In this document: piece by piece, positions 30,343 through 38,495 of the stretch
Layout of the letters: every line of letters starts with the position of its first letter
Position numbering within the stretch: the stretch's first letter is position 1
NCBI GenBank assembly: GCA_031414955.1
Contig: JANOQV010000152.1
Coordinates: forward strand, 21,093-85,092
Length of the DNA stretch: 64,000 bases
From: Pedosphaera sp.
Lineage (GTDB): Bacteria; Verrucomicrobiota; Verrucomicrobiia; Limisphaerales; SIBH01
Reading direction: 5' to 3'
Notes under the pieces: model-generated
Told to the model about the DNA's origin: nothing
The model's input: only the letters and a program-made list of their open reading frames with translations
Database searches by the model: none
Program-made: the position numbers and the translations under genes

Positions 30343-31593
30343 ATGCTCACTCTCGAAAGATTTTCGTTCGGCGTCGGGGACCGGTTCGCCCATCAGGCCA
30401 AGGCGCAATTGCGCGCCTTCCAGATGCTGGCCCAGGACGGTATCGACGTCGCGCCGGTGTGGAACAAGTCCAACCGGGAACACACCTTCATCGGCTCGGA
30501 GCCGCAGAGCGTGTTCGACGCAGCGCAGGCGGCAGTCAAGGCGCTCGGCTGGAACAAGGGCTGGCATGTGGACGCCGACCACATTCGCTTGGAGACAGTG
30601 GACCGTTTCATGGGCTGCTCGGACTTCTTCACCATTGATGTCGCGGACTCCATCGGCAAGCCGGCGGCAACGGCGGACGTGCAGGCGTTTGTCGCCCGGC
30701 ATCCCGAACTGGTGGGCACGGTGAACATCGCGGGCGTGGGCACGCCATTCACGACCACGCGTGCCGATGTGGAACGCGTCGCAGCCAAGTATCTGCTCGC
30801 CGTGCAGGACGCGGGGAAGATTTACCGGCACATTGCCGCCAAGAAGGGCGAGGCGAACATCATCGCCGAGGTTTCCATGGACGAGACGGACGCACCGCAA
30901 ACGCCGCCGGAACTGCTCATCATCCTTGCCGCCATCGCCGACGAGAAAGTGCGGGCGCAGACCATCGCGCCGAAATTTACCGGGCGCTTCAACAAGGGTG
31001 TGGATTACGTGGGCGACCTTGCGCAGTTCGAGCGCGAGTTCAACGACGACCTCGCCGTGATCGCGCACGCCGTCGCGCGCTACGGCTTGCCCGCGAACCT
31101 CAAGCTCAGCGTCCACAGCGGTAGCGACAAGTTCAGCCTCTACCCCATCATCCGCCGCGCCCTCGCGCGCGCCGGCGCGGGCGTGCATCTCAAGACCGCC
31201 GGCACGACCTGGCTGGAGGAACTCATCGGCCTCGCCGAAGCCGGAGGCGACGGACTCGCGCTGGCGAAGGAGATTTACGCCTACGCCCTCGCGCATGTGG
31301 ACGAGCTTTGTGCGCCCTATGCCAGCGTCATCGACATCGACCGCGCCAAGCTTCCGAGTGCCGCGACGGTGAACGGCTGGACCGGCCCGCAACTCGCCAG
31401 CGCGCTGCGCCACATCCCGACGCATCCCGAATTTAACGCCCACGTCCGCCAGCTTCTGCACGTCTCCTTCAAGCTCGCGGCCAAGGCTGGTGGGCGTTAC
31501 CTCGACCTGCTCAAGGCCAACGAAGCCATCGTGGCCAAGCAAGTCACCGAGAACATCTACGAGCGCCACATGCGGCCGATGTTTGTGGGGTGA
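30343..31593 (+). CDS. uxaE: Tagaturonate/fructuronate epimerase family protein
   Basis: SFGVGDRF, VDADHI, EVSMDET, KGVDYVGD, KLSVHSGSDKF, HLKTAGTTWLE. Confidence 0.88.
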   Translation: MLTLERFSFGVGDRFAHQAKAQLRAFQMLAQDGIDVAPVWNKSNREHTFIGSEPQSVFDAAQAAVKALGWNKGWHVDADHIRLETVDRFMGCSDFFTIDVADSIGKPAATADVQAFVARHPELVGTVNIAGVGTPFTTTRADVERVAAKYLLAVQDAGKIYRHIAAKKGEANIIAEVSMDETDAPQTPPELLIILAAIADEKVRAQTIAPKFTGRFNKGVDYVGDLAQFEREFNDDLAVIAHAVARYGLPANLKLSVHSGSDKFSLYPIIRRALARAGAGVHLKTAGTTWLEELIGLAEAGGDGLALAKEIYAYALAHVDELCAPYASVIDIDRAKLPSAATVNGWTGPQLASALRHIPTHPEFNAHVRQLLHVSFKLAAKAGGRYLDLLKANEAIVAKQVTENIYERHMRPMFVG

Positions 31594-31687
31594 AAAGCTC
31601 TGACGGGTAGGAAGGCGCTCTCAAGAGTTGCCGGGTTCAGCATGATTGACCGGCCATCTGTCCTGCTTCACCATTCGCTTAAGCTTG

Positions 31688-31903
31688 ATGAACCTGATTA
31701 CCACCAAGAGTGCGGCGGAGATTCTCGGCATCACGCCTGTCCGGGTGCGGCAACTCATCCAGCAAGGCCAGCTTCCGTCGATGAAACACGGGCGCGATCA
31801 CCTTTTGGAAAAGGAAGTGGTGCAACGCTTCAACCGCGAGGGAAGGCGCCCCGGCGGGCGGCCGCCAAAACAAGTTGGTAGAAAAAGATTGCGCGTGCGA
31901 TAG
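31688..31903 (+). CDS. Excisionase-like helix-turn-helix DNA-binding protein
   Basis: ITTKSAAEILGITPVRVRQLIQQGQLPS..GR, with a basic GRPPK tail. Confidence 0.8.
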   Translation: MNLITTKSAAEILGITPVRVRQLIQQGQLPSMKHGRDHLLEKEVVQRFNREGRRPGGRPPKQVGRKRLRVR

Positions 31904-31915
31904 GGTTTTAACACG

Positions 31916-33037
31916 ATGCCACTCATGGTTCATGCCAATGGAACTTGCGCTCCGCCCCCCAGCACCCGGGGGCGCAAGAAAGCCGTCACGCTGGAGACGG
32001 TTCCCGAGACGGACATTTTCAAGAACAGCTTGGTCCAGATTCATCACGCAAACAGTCTGGACTGCTACGAATCATGGCCCGCGCCGACGGCCATCATTTC
32101 CGATGGCGCGTATGGCGTGCTCGGTTTCGATGGCGATACGTCCGATCACCTTGGAGTGCCGGACTGGTATGAACCCCACGCCAAAGCCTGGGCTTCGCGC
32201 GCCACGCCACAGACAACGCTGTGGTTTTGGAATTCCGAAATTGGCTGGGCTGCCGCGCATCCCATTTTGGAGAAGCACGGCTTCCGCTACGTCAACGCCA
32301 ATGTCTGGAACAAGACCAAGGCCCACATCGCGGGCAATGTGAACACGGCGAAAATCCGCCGGTTTCCGGTGGTGACGGAGCTTTGCGTGCAATACTCGTT
32401 CGAGGCGCGCATCGACGGGCTGCCTTTGAAAATGTGGCTGCTGGCCGAATGGCAGAGGACGGGACTTCCGTTGCGCCAGACGAACGAGGCATGTGGCGTG
32501 GTGGACGCAGCCACCCGGAAATATTTTGACCGTGGACATCTGTGGTACCCGCCGCCGCCGGACAAGTTTCAGATGTTGGCTGATTACGCCAACAAACACG
32601 GAACCGCGCAGGGCCGCCCTTACTTCTCCATCGACGGCAAGCGTTCGCTAACCGCCGAGGAATGGGAAGTCATGCGCTACAAGTTTCGGTGCCCGCATGG
32701 CTTCACCAATGTCTGGGAGCGCACCGCATTGCACAACGGAGAGCGGATCAAGGCACCGAACGGCAAGGCGGCCCACTTGAACCAGAAGCCGCTCGATCTG
32801 CTGGCGCTCATCATCAAGGCGTCATCCGATGAGGGTGACGTGATCTGGGAACCGTTTGGCGGACTGTTCAGTGCCTCAGTGGCCGCCTGGGGCAGCGGAC
32901 GCAGGGCTTACGCGGCGGAAATTGATTCGACCTACTTTCAGTTTGGCGTGCGCCGTTTCAGCGAACCAGCGCAGCATGAGCCGATCAGGCGAGCGATAGG
33001 CACTCAACATCCCATCCGCCAGTCGCCAAACTGGTGA
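31916..33037 (+). CDS. Site-specific N4-C/N6-A DNA methyltransferase (beta motif order)
   Basis: N-terminal catalytic-like SDGAYG; C-terminal H.NQKPL and GDVIWEPFGG SAM-binding motif. Confidence 0.85.
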   Translation: MPLMVHANGTCAPPPSTRGRKKAVTLETVPETDIFKNSLVQIHHANSLDCYESWPAPTAIISDGAYGVLGFDGDTSDHLGVPDWYEPHAKAWASRATPQTTLWFWNSEIGWAAAHPILEKHGFRYVNANVWNKTKAHIAGNVNTAKIRRFPVVTELCVQYSFEARIDGLPLKMWLLAEWQRTGLPLRQTNEACGVVDAATRKYFDRGHLWYPPPPDKFQMLADYANKHGTAQGRPYFSIDGKRSLTAEEWEVMRYKFRCPHGFTNVWERTALHNGERIKAPNGKAAHLNQKPLDLLALIIKASSDEGDVIWEPFGGLFSASVAAWGSGRRAYAAEIDSTYFQFGVRRFSEPAQHEPIRRAIGTQHPIRQSPNW

Positions 33038-33957
33038 AGCACGTCGCTCAATTCCTTCATGGCTGCGCTGCTTGAATTGCCAATCAGCAGACCGTGCGTT
33101 CGCAACCCGCGTTCCTTGCGGGCGTGGCGGATCAACTCCACCGTCTCCCGGGCCACGGGAAATTCCCCATCGCTGACGAGGAGTATGTCTGCTCGTTGCC
33201 ACGATTCCTTCTGGAGCTTGGCAGTGGCGCGGCGCAAAGGTTCCGCGACGTCCGTGCCGCCGTGGAAGGAGCAGGCGAGAAAGTTCAGCAAGCTCGCCAG
33301 TCCGTCCTCGCTGAGTTTCAATTCCAGTTCGGCCACGTCCTGCGGCCCGCTGAATGAGTAGAGGTAGCACGCTCGCTTCTCGGCGTGGGCCACGCGCAAG
33401 GCTTCAAGCGTCACCGCTTTCGCGACCAGTTCCGGCGCACCCTGCATGGAGCCGGACGTGTCGAGGCAGACGATGATAGGGCCGCGCTCGGTTTTCGGCT
33501 GTGGCTTGGGGCGCTCGACTTCCATCATCACGTCGCTCTCGCTCGACACGCGCTCGGCCATCACGCCTTGCACGCGGTAGGTGAGCAGAGCGTGTTCGAT
33601 GCGGCGGGCGTGCCAGAGATACTTGAGCACGGGATGCCTCAGCGTTGCGGCTTCGGCGGGAATCATGCGTGAGATGTCGTCCGAAAGCGTCAGGCCGTGG
33701 ACTTCGTGCGGCGCGAACTCGGTCTGCACTTCGCGCCATTCGTCCTGCGCGCGGCGGATGGGGACGAAGATGCGCTCCATCACGCTCGGCGCGTTTTCGT
33801 CCGCGCGCTCCTGCAAGCGGCCCAGCGTGCGGACGAGTTCCGTCAGTTGCGGGCAACTCTCCAGCAGCTTCCGCAGGCGGGCGATTTCCTGCCAGCCGTG
33901 ATGACGCAGGACGCTGCGGGCCAGGTCGCGTCCGCGTCCGAGCAATTCGCCAATCAA
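33004..33957 (-). CDS. ViaA-like VWA domain protein, N-terminally truncated
   Basis: RGPIIVCLDTSGSMQGAPE, FHGGTD, ADILLVSDGEF. Family-like sequence begins near GELLGRG. A TTG at 33957 overlaps the upstream TGA. Confidence 0.75.
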   Translation of the reverse strand: MIGELLGRGRDLARSVLRHHGWQEIARLRKLLESCPQLTELVRTLGRLQERADENAPSVMERIFVPIRRAQDEWREVQTEFAPHEVHGLTLSDDISRMIPAEAATLRHPVLKYLWHARRIEHALLTYRVQGVMAERVSSESDVMMEVERPKPQPKTERGPIIVCLDTSGSMQGAPELVAKAVTLEALRVAHAEKRACYLYSFSGPQDVAELELKLSEDGLASLLNFLACSFHGGTDVAEPLRRATAKLQKESWQRADILLVSDGEFPVARETVELIRHARKERGLRTHGLLIGNSSSAAMKELSDVLHQFGDWRMGC

Positions 33958-34475
33958 ATCTCGACGTTCGCCACGTAAAAGCTCTTGGCCCGCCAGCAAC
34001 GCGACTGGTCGTTCTGGTTCAACCATTCCTCCACTTTTTCCAGCGTTAGTCTCACTTGAACGTCATCAGGCGATGGGCCGCCCGGTTTGCGCTCGCCATG
34101 CGTGCCGCTGGTTCTCTGGGAAAGAAATTTCAACGCCGGCCAATCAAGAACCATATCTTCGGGCAGGCTTTTTTCGTCGCCGCTTTCCCAGCCGTCTTCA
34201 CGCAGGATTGTCCTTCCGACCTCTGACAATTCGTAATCGTTCAAGTCGAGACGACGCAGTTCATCGGTTTTGGGTTGCACCGCGCTTAACGAACGCAAGT
34301 CGTCTAAAGCAGCCTCTAAGAAAGCCGGCTCACCGATGCAGAGTTGGGCCGTTGCGTCCGCGATTGTTGGCGTGTTTGTTTGGAATGCGTTGAGAAGGCT
34401 CAACACGGCCCATTCAAAACTGTTCAGCCGCCTGAATTCAACGGCGGTGATTTCGACTGTGACGTGCAGAATCAT
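33954..34475 (-). CDS. Hypothetical helicase-partner protein with a winged-helix-like N-terminus
   Basis: Directly abuts the helicase stop. LNSFEWAVLSLL..TIADATAQL..L.DL..L..YELSEVGR pattern resembles a wHTH. Confidence 0.6.
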   Translation of the reverse strand: MILHVTVEITAVEFRRLNSFEWAVLSLLNAFQTNTPTIADATAQLCIGEPAFLEAALDDLRSLSAVQPKTDELRRLDLNDYELSEVGRTILREDGWESGDEKSLPEDMVLDWPALKFLSQRTSGTHGERKPGGPSPDDVQVRLTLEKVEEWLNQNDQSRCWRAKSFYVANVEI

Positions 34476-37283
34476 TCAATCAAATTTCAGCCCCATGTCG
34501 TCCAGCCGACTTCTTGTTTGCTTTCGTGGTCTTTCTGATACTTGCACTCGTTTTTGTTCCGTAACCTGAACATGCTGCCTTTGTGTGGCTTGACCAGAAA
34601 CATGTGAAGGGGTTCGGATGCCGTCGCGCTGCGCGATGGTTTTGGCAATCTCCTGATAAACCTTCTTGGCGTTTGGCTCACCGCCTTCGACCGGGCAAAT
34701 TGGAACGGCTGCGCCTTCAAACGCGCTCCGGCTTCCAACAATCACCAGCAGATTTTTCGCGCGGGAAAACGCTACGTTGATGCGGCGGTAGTCCTTGACG
34801 AATTCACCGCTGACCTCACCTGCACGGACGAGTGAGACAATGATAATTGAGCACTCGCGGCCTTGAAACTGGTCAACGGTGTTGACCTGAACATCAAGAT
34901 GCCGCCAACCGGCCCGGCCTTTCGAGCCGACGCGCTCTCTCAACTCATTCGTTTGAGCCAGGTAGAAGCTGATGACGCCGACATCCAGCTTGGCGTTCTT
35001 CGCGGAAGGATTGGAAGCCAGCGAGTCGTCAACGTGGCGAAGAAAGTCTTCGATTAGTTCAACCTCGAATGGGTTCCAACGAGATGTTCCGCGTTTTTCT
35101 CCCTCTGCGACGGGCTGGCCGCGCTCGTCTCTCGTCGAGTCCAGCCAGAGAACGCGGTGTTCGCTGGTGAGCATTGGTTGCTCGCCCGCTCCCCTTACGG
35201 ATAATCCGTGTTGCTTGCGCTGGTGCAGTTCCTTTTCGCCACCGCCAGCGACTAGGATGCCCTTGCCCTGTTTATTCGGGTAAAAATGATTTACGCACTG
35301 CATGATGTGCGGGTGCATCCGATACTGCTCACACAGTGTATCCCGCAATGTGTCCGGCGCGCTGATGAACAATTCCTCGAAAACCGAAGCCGAAACCATC
35401 TTGCCGAACTTCTCTAACATTTCCGCTTTCAGTTCTTCGTTGGCAACCGCCTCCTCAAAACTCTCTGAACGAAACACGGGCGGCAACTGCCGGTGATCAC
35501 CGACGAGGACGGCACGCCGTCCAAGCAGCAACGGCATGAGCAATTCGGGCGGAGTGGCCTTGCTCACCTCGTCCACTACCACCAAATCAAAAGAGGGGTC
35601 GAACTCCGTGGACTGATAAAAGTCCTTTCGTCCGGTTCGATTGCAGGTTGCACCGATGACATTGGCGTGGCGCTTGTAGAGCTTTCGCATTTCTTCGCCG
35701 TTGTCAGCCGCGTTGCTGTTACGGAGACGATCAATCCAGACGCGCTTGAGCGTTGTCCACCTGTCGTCGTTGATTGCGTGCTTCAAGGTCGCCTCGCAAG
35801 CGTCCGCGACTTGCCGCAGCCAGTGAGGAATGATGCGCGTTGGAAGGAACATCTTGTAGGCATCGTCCATGTCGAGTTCGCGCCGAGAATCCAACTCACG
35901 CAACGGTCGCAACTCGGGAGAAGGACGGTCCTTCGGATAAAGGCTGCCAAGCGCATTGTCCACGGCAAGGTTGGCTTGCGACGCGATGACGGTTCGCTTG
36001 CCTTGCCTCACCATCTGGCGACACAACTCGGCGATGACCGTGGTCTTGCCAGTGCCAGGTGGTCCTTGCAGAAAGAAAACATCGGGTGCAGCCAGCGCCT
36101 TCGTCACCGCTTGCCGTTGGCCGGTGTTCAGCCGTGCGTCACTGGCTTCGACGGGCGGAGTGGATTCTGGAACGCGGGCTTTTTGACTGTTAAAAATCCA
36201 TTCGGCCACGCTCGGATTCACGGCCTTTCCTTGTTCGAGTCGCTCGATGGCGTCGCGCTGTGATCGTATCGAGGCAAGCTCGCCCGACACATCCACCATC
36301 AAGTCGCCGGCGTTAGGAAACGAATCCCTCGTTGAATCCTCGTCTTGCTTGCGACGCCGTTCGTCTGTCAGCCGAACTTCCACCGCTAGTTTTTCAGTAT
36401 GAGGAGTCGGTCCTCCGGACTCCGCATCGGGCTTGCGAATCTGCCATCGCCCGCTGCCCTTTTGCTTTCGCTCGCCGCCTTCAAGATGAGTCACCTTTTG
36501 ATACACCCCCGCAGCGGCAACCTTCGGCCTTCTCTGTCCGCTTGTGTCGTCACCCCCGGATTTGATCGGGTCGTATTCTTCGCCTTCACGAAGCGCAAGC
36601 AACTGCTGGCCCTGAAATCGAACCTTCAACAATTCAACTCGCTCGGGGTCGCGCAGGTAAAAACTCACTCCCGGCTTGTCTTTCCAATGCTCCCACTCGG
36701 CGTAGGCGTAACGGTGTTTGCTGTTGTCCACCGTCACCTTTTCGCGCCAGTCGAGATATGTGTGCCAATCCTTGAAGCGGCTCTCTGCCGACGGAGCGTA
36801 ATGCGGAAGTGCTCGGAGACGCTGTGCATCCTCGGCGGTCACGCCACCGCGAAAACTGTTCCGTGAAAAATAACCTTGAAGCCGAAAGTCATACGCGCCC
36901 GGAGGTCTGTGAAGAACCGGCTCGAACCAGAGGACAACAAGTTTTCCGTCCCGATAGAAAACACCGAATGCCGGAATCTGGCTGCCAGCAGCGAGCGGTT
37001 TCGCGTCTGCGGCGACTGCCTCTGACCATGCAGGACGAAGCTGCCAATTCTGCTTCCCTTCTTTTGGAGCGAGCTTCGTGATTATCGCTTCTCCAATTGC
37101 TTCGTCGGGCCAAACGCGGTCGAGCCACGCTGCAATCAAATCATGTTCACCCTCAAATCCAAGCTCGGCTCTGTGCTCGGACAAGAAACGCTCCAATCGC
37201 TCGGCCGTTTCGGGCCTTGAGCGAAAGTCCAAGTCCACTCTTTCAAACCTGATGATTCTCGAACTGTCACCGGATTCGTTCAT
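34476..37283 (-). CDS. Superfamily 1 (Upf1/DNA2-NAM7-like) helicase with a long uncharacterised N-terminal region
   Basis: LQGPPGTGKTT, VVVDEVSK, LVGDHRQLPP, QYRMHP, TVDQFQGRE, RRINVAFSRAK. Confidence 0.9.
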   Translation of the reverse strand: MNESGDSSRIIRFERVDLDFRSRPETAERLERFLSEHRAELGFEGEHDLIAAWLDRVWPDEAIGEAIITKLAPKEGKQNWQLRPAWSEAVAADAKPLAAGSQIPAFGVFYRDGKLVVLWFEPVLHRPPGAYDFRLQGYFSRNSFRGGVTAEDAQRLRALPHYAPSAESRFKDWHTYLDWREKVTVDNSKHRYAYAEWEHWKDKPGVSFYLRDPERVELLKVRFQGQQLLALREGEEYDPIKSGGDDTSGQRRPKVAAAGVYQKVTHLEGGERKQKGSGRWQIRKPDAESGGPTPHTEKLAVEVRLTDERRRKQDEDSTRDSFPNAGDLMVDVSGELASIRSQRDAIERLEQGKAVNPSVAEWIFNSQKARVPESTPPVEASDARLNTGQRQAVTKALAAPDVFFLQGPPGTGKTTVIAELCRQMVRQGKRTVIASQANLAVDNALGSLYPKDRPSPELRPLRELDSRRELDMDDAYKMFLPTRIIPHWLRQVADACEATLKHAINDDRWTTLKRVWIDRLRNSNAADNGEEMRKLYKRHANVIGATCNRTGRKDFYQSTEFDPSFDLVVVDEVSKATPPELLMPLLLGRRAVLVGDHRQLPPVFRSESFEEAVANEELKAEMLEKFGKMVSASVFEELFISAPDTLRDTLCEQYRMHPHIMQCVNHFYPNKQGKGILVAGGGEKELHQRKQHGLSVRGAGEQPMLTSEHRVLWLDSTRDERGQPVAEGEKRGTSRWNPFEVELIEDFLRHVDDSLASNPSAKNAKLDVGVISFYLAQTNELRERVGSKGRAGWRHLDVQVNTVDQFQGRECSIIIVSLVRAGEVSGEFVKDYRRINVAFSRAKNLLVIVGSRSAFEGAAVPICPVEGGEPNAKKVYQEIAKTIAQRDGIRTPSHVSGQATQRQHVQVTEQKRVQVSERPRKQTRSRLDDMGLKFD

Positions 37284-37299
37284 GTGTATTCGAGGGGTT

Positions 37300-37758
37300 C
37301 TAGTTCGCCGCCACGACGCTGATGAGCGGCGTTGGCTTGACGTTCACGCCGTTGTGAAACAGGCGCTCGTTGAGCAGCGTGAGCAGCGAGTTGAGGATGG
37401 CGGAGTTGGCCTTGAAGATTTCGTCGAGGAACGCGACCGACGCTTCGGGCAGGTAATGCTCGGTCTTGCGTTCGTAGCGGTCTTCTTGCAGCGCAGTGAT
37501 GGAAAGCGGGCCGAACAATTCCTCCGGCGTGGAGAAGCGGGTGAGCAGGCGCTCGAAATAGGTGGCGTCGTGAAAGGCGTGGCGCAAGCGGCGGGCGAGT
37601 TCGCTTTTGGCCGTGCCGGGCGGGCCGATGAGCAGGAGATGTTCGCCGGTCAAGGCGGCGAGCAGCGCGAGGCGGATGGGGGTGTCGCGTTCGATGAGTC
37701 CGGTGAGGAGTGAATCGCGGAGGACGCGGAGCTTGTCGGGCAGATTGGCGGTGTTCAC
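37300..37758 (-). pseudogene. RavA/MoxR-type AAA+ ATPase, 3'-truncated (152 aa)
   Basis: GLIERD..IRLALLAAL.GEHLLLIGPPGTAKSELARRL, STPEELFGPLS, FLDEIFKA. Stops at VVAAN where the family continues (ASNELP, then the Arg finger). Confidence 0.8.
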
Positions 37759-37830
37759 GGCGGACAGGCTACGGGGTCGGGAAAGCGGCGTCCAGTTTGT
37801 CGAGATTGATCACTGCTGCGCCCGCCTCAC

Positions 37831-38142
37831 TCAATCTTGTCGTCGGCGCAATCTCTTACGTAGGAGCTTCGGGTTCCGGGCGCAGGGGAACAGCAGGACG
37901 AACACGACGACGCTCTGTTCGACACGAAAATAGAGGGCGTAGGGAAATCTTTGCAGGAGAATTCGCCGGAAATCTGAGTGTGCCTTGAGGAAGATTTCCG
38001 GGTTGCGTTCGACTGCCGCGATGGCGGCGTAGTAGTTCCGGAGCAGCTCGTGTCCCAAGCCTTCGGCTTTTTCCTCATACCAATGGAAGGCTTCGGCGGC
38101 GTCATCCACCAATTCCGGCCGGAGTCTGGAGACGTAGCTCAC
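37831..38142 (-). CDS. RelE/ParE family toxin
   Basis: AAEAFHWYEEKAEGLG..F(L)..RRILLQRFPYALYF..RNP; GTG start overlaps the antitoxin stop. Confidence 0.85.
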   Translation of the reverse strand: MSYVSRLRPELVDDAAEAFHWYEEKAEGLGHELLRNYYAAIAAVERNPEIFLKAHSDFRRILLQRFPYALYFRVEQSVVVFVLLFPCARNPKLLRKRLRRRQD

Positions 38143-38360
38143 AGACGTTTCGTGAGTCGTTCCTTGAACTCTTCCAACGTGAGTGCGGCGCCTGGATTCT
38201 GGCGGTGAGAGTTCCAGCGTTCTTCGAGCAACATCCGCTCCGTGTCGGTGACGGGGACGCTTCCCGGCGAGGCGGCGATGGAATCCCAAAGGTCTTCAAC
38301 CAGCCGGAGTTTTTCTTCGGCACTCAACTTTGCCAATTGTGGCAGTTCAGCCAGGCTCAT
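38139..38360 (-). CDS. Addiction module antitoxin (TIGR02574-like)
   Basis: LSAEEKLRLVEDLWDSI..LEERW..P..LTLEEF; upstream of the RelE/ParE gene with a 4-bp overlap. Confidence 0.85.
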   Translation of the reverse strand: MSLAELPQLAKLSAEEKLRLVEDLWDSIAASPGSVPVTDTERMLLEERWNSHRQNPGAALTLEEFKERLTKRL

Positions 38361-38439
38361 GCGGTAAACTGTAGCAGCCAATTCCACGCAACCAAGCCAG
38401 AGTTTTGAACAGAAACTTTCTCACGTTGGTTGCTACGCA

Positions 38440-38471
38440 AATCAAAAGCGGCGGTCTTGCGACCGCCGCTT
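38440..38471 (-). terminator. Intrinsic terminator after ilvB
   Basis: Minus strand reads AAGCGGCGGTC-GCAA-GACCGCCGCTT followed by TTGATTT. Confidence 0.75.
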
Positions 38472-38495
38472 GCTTGTTTCGAGATTTGAAGCCGC

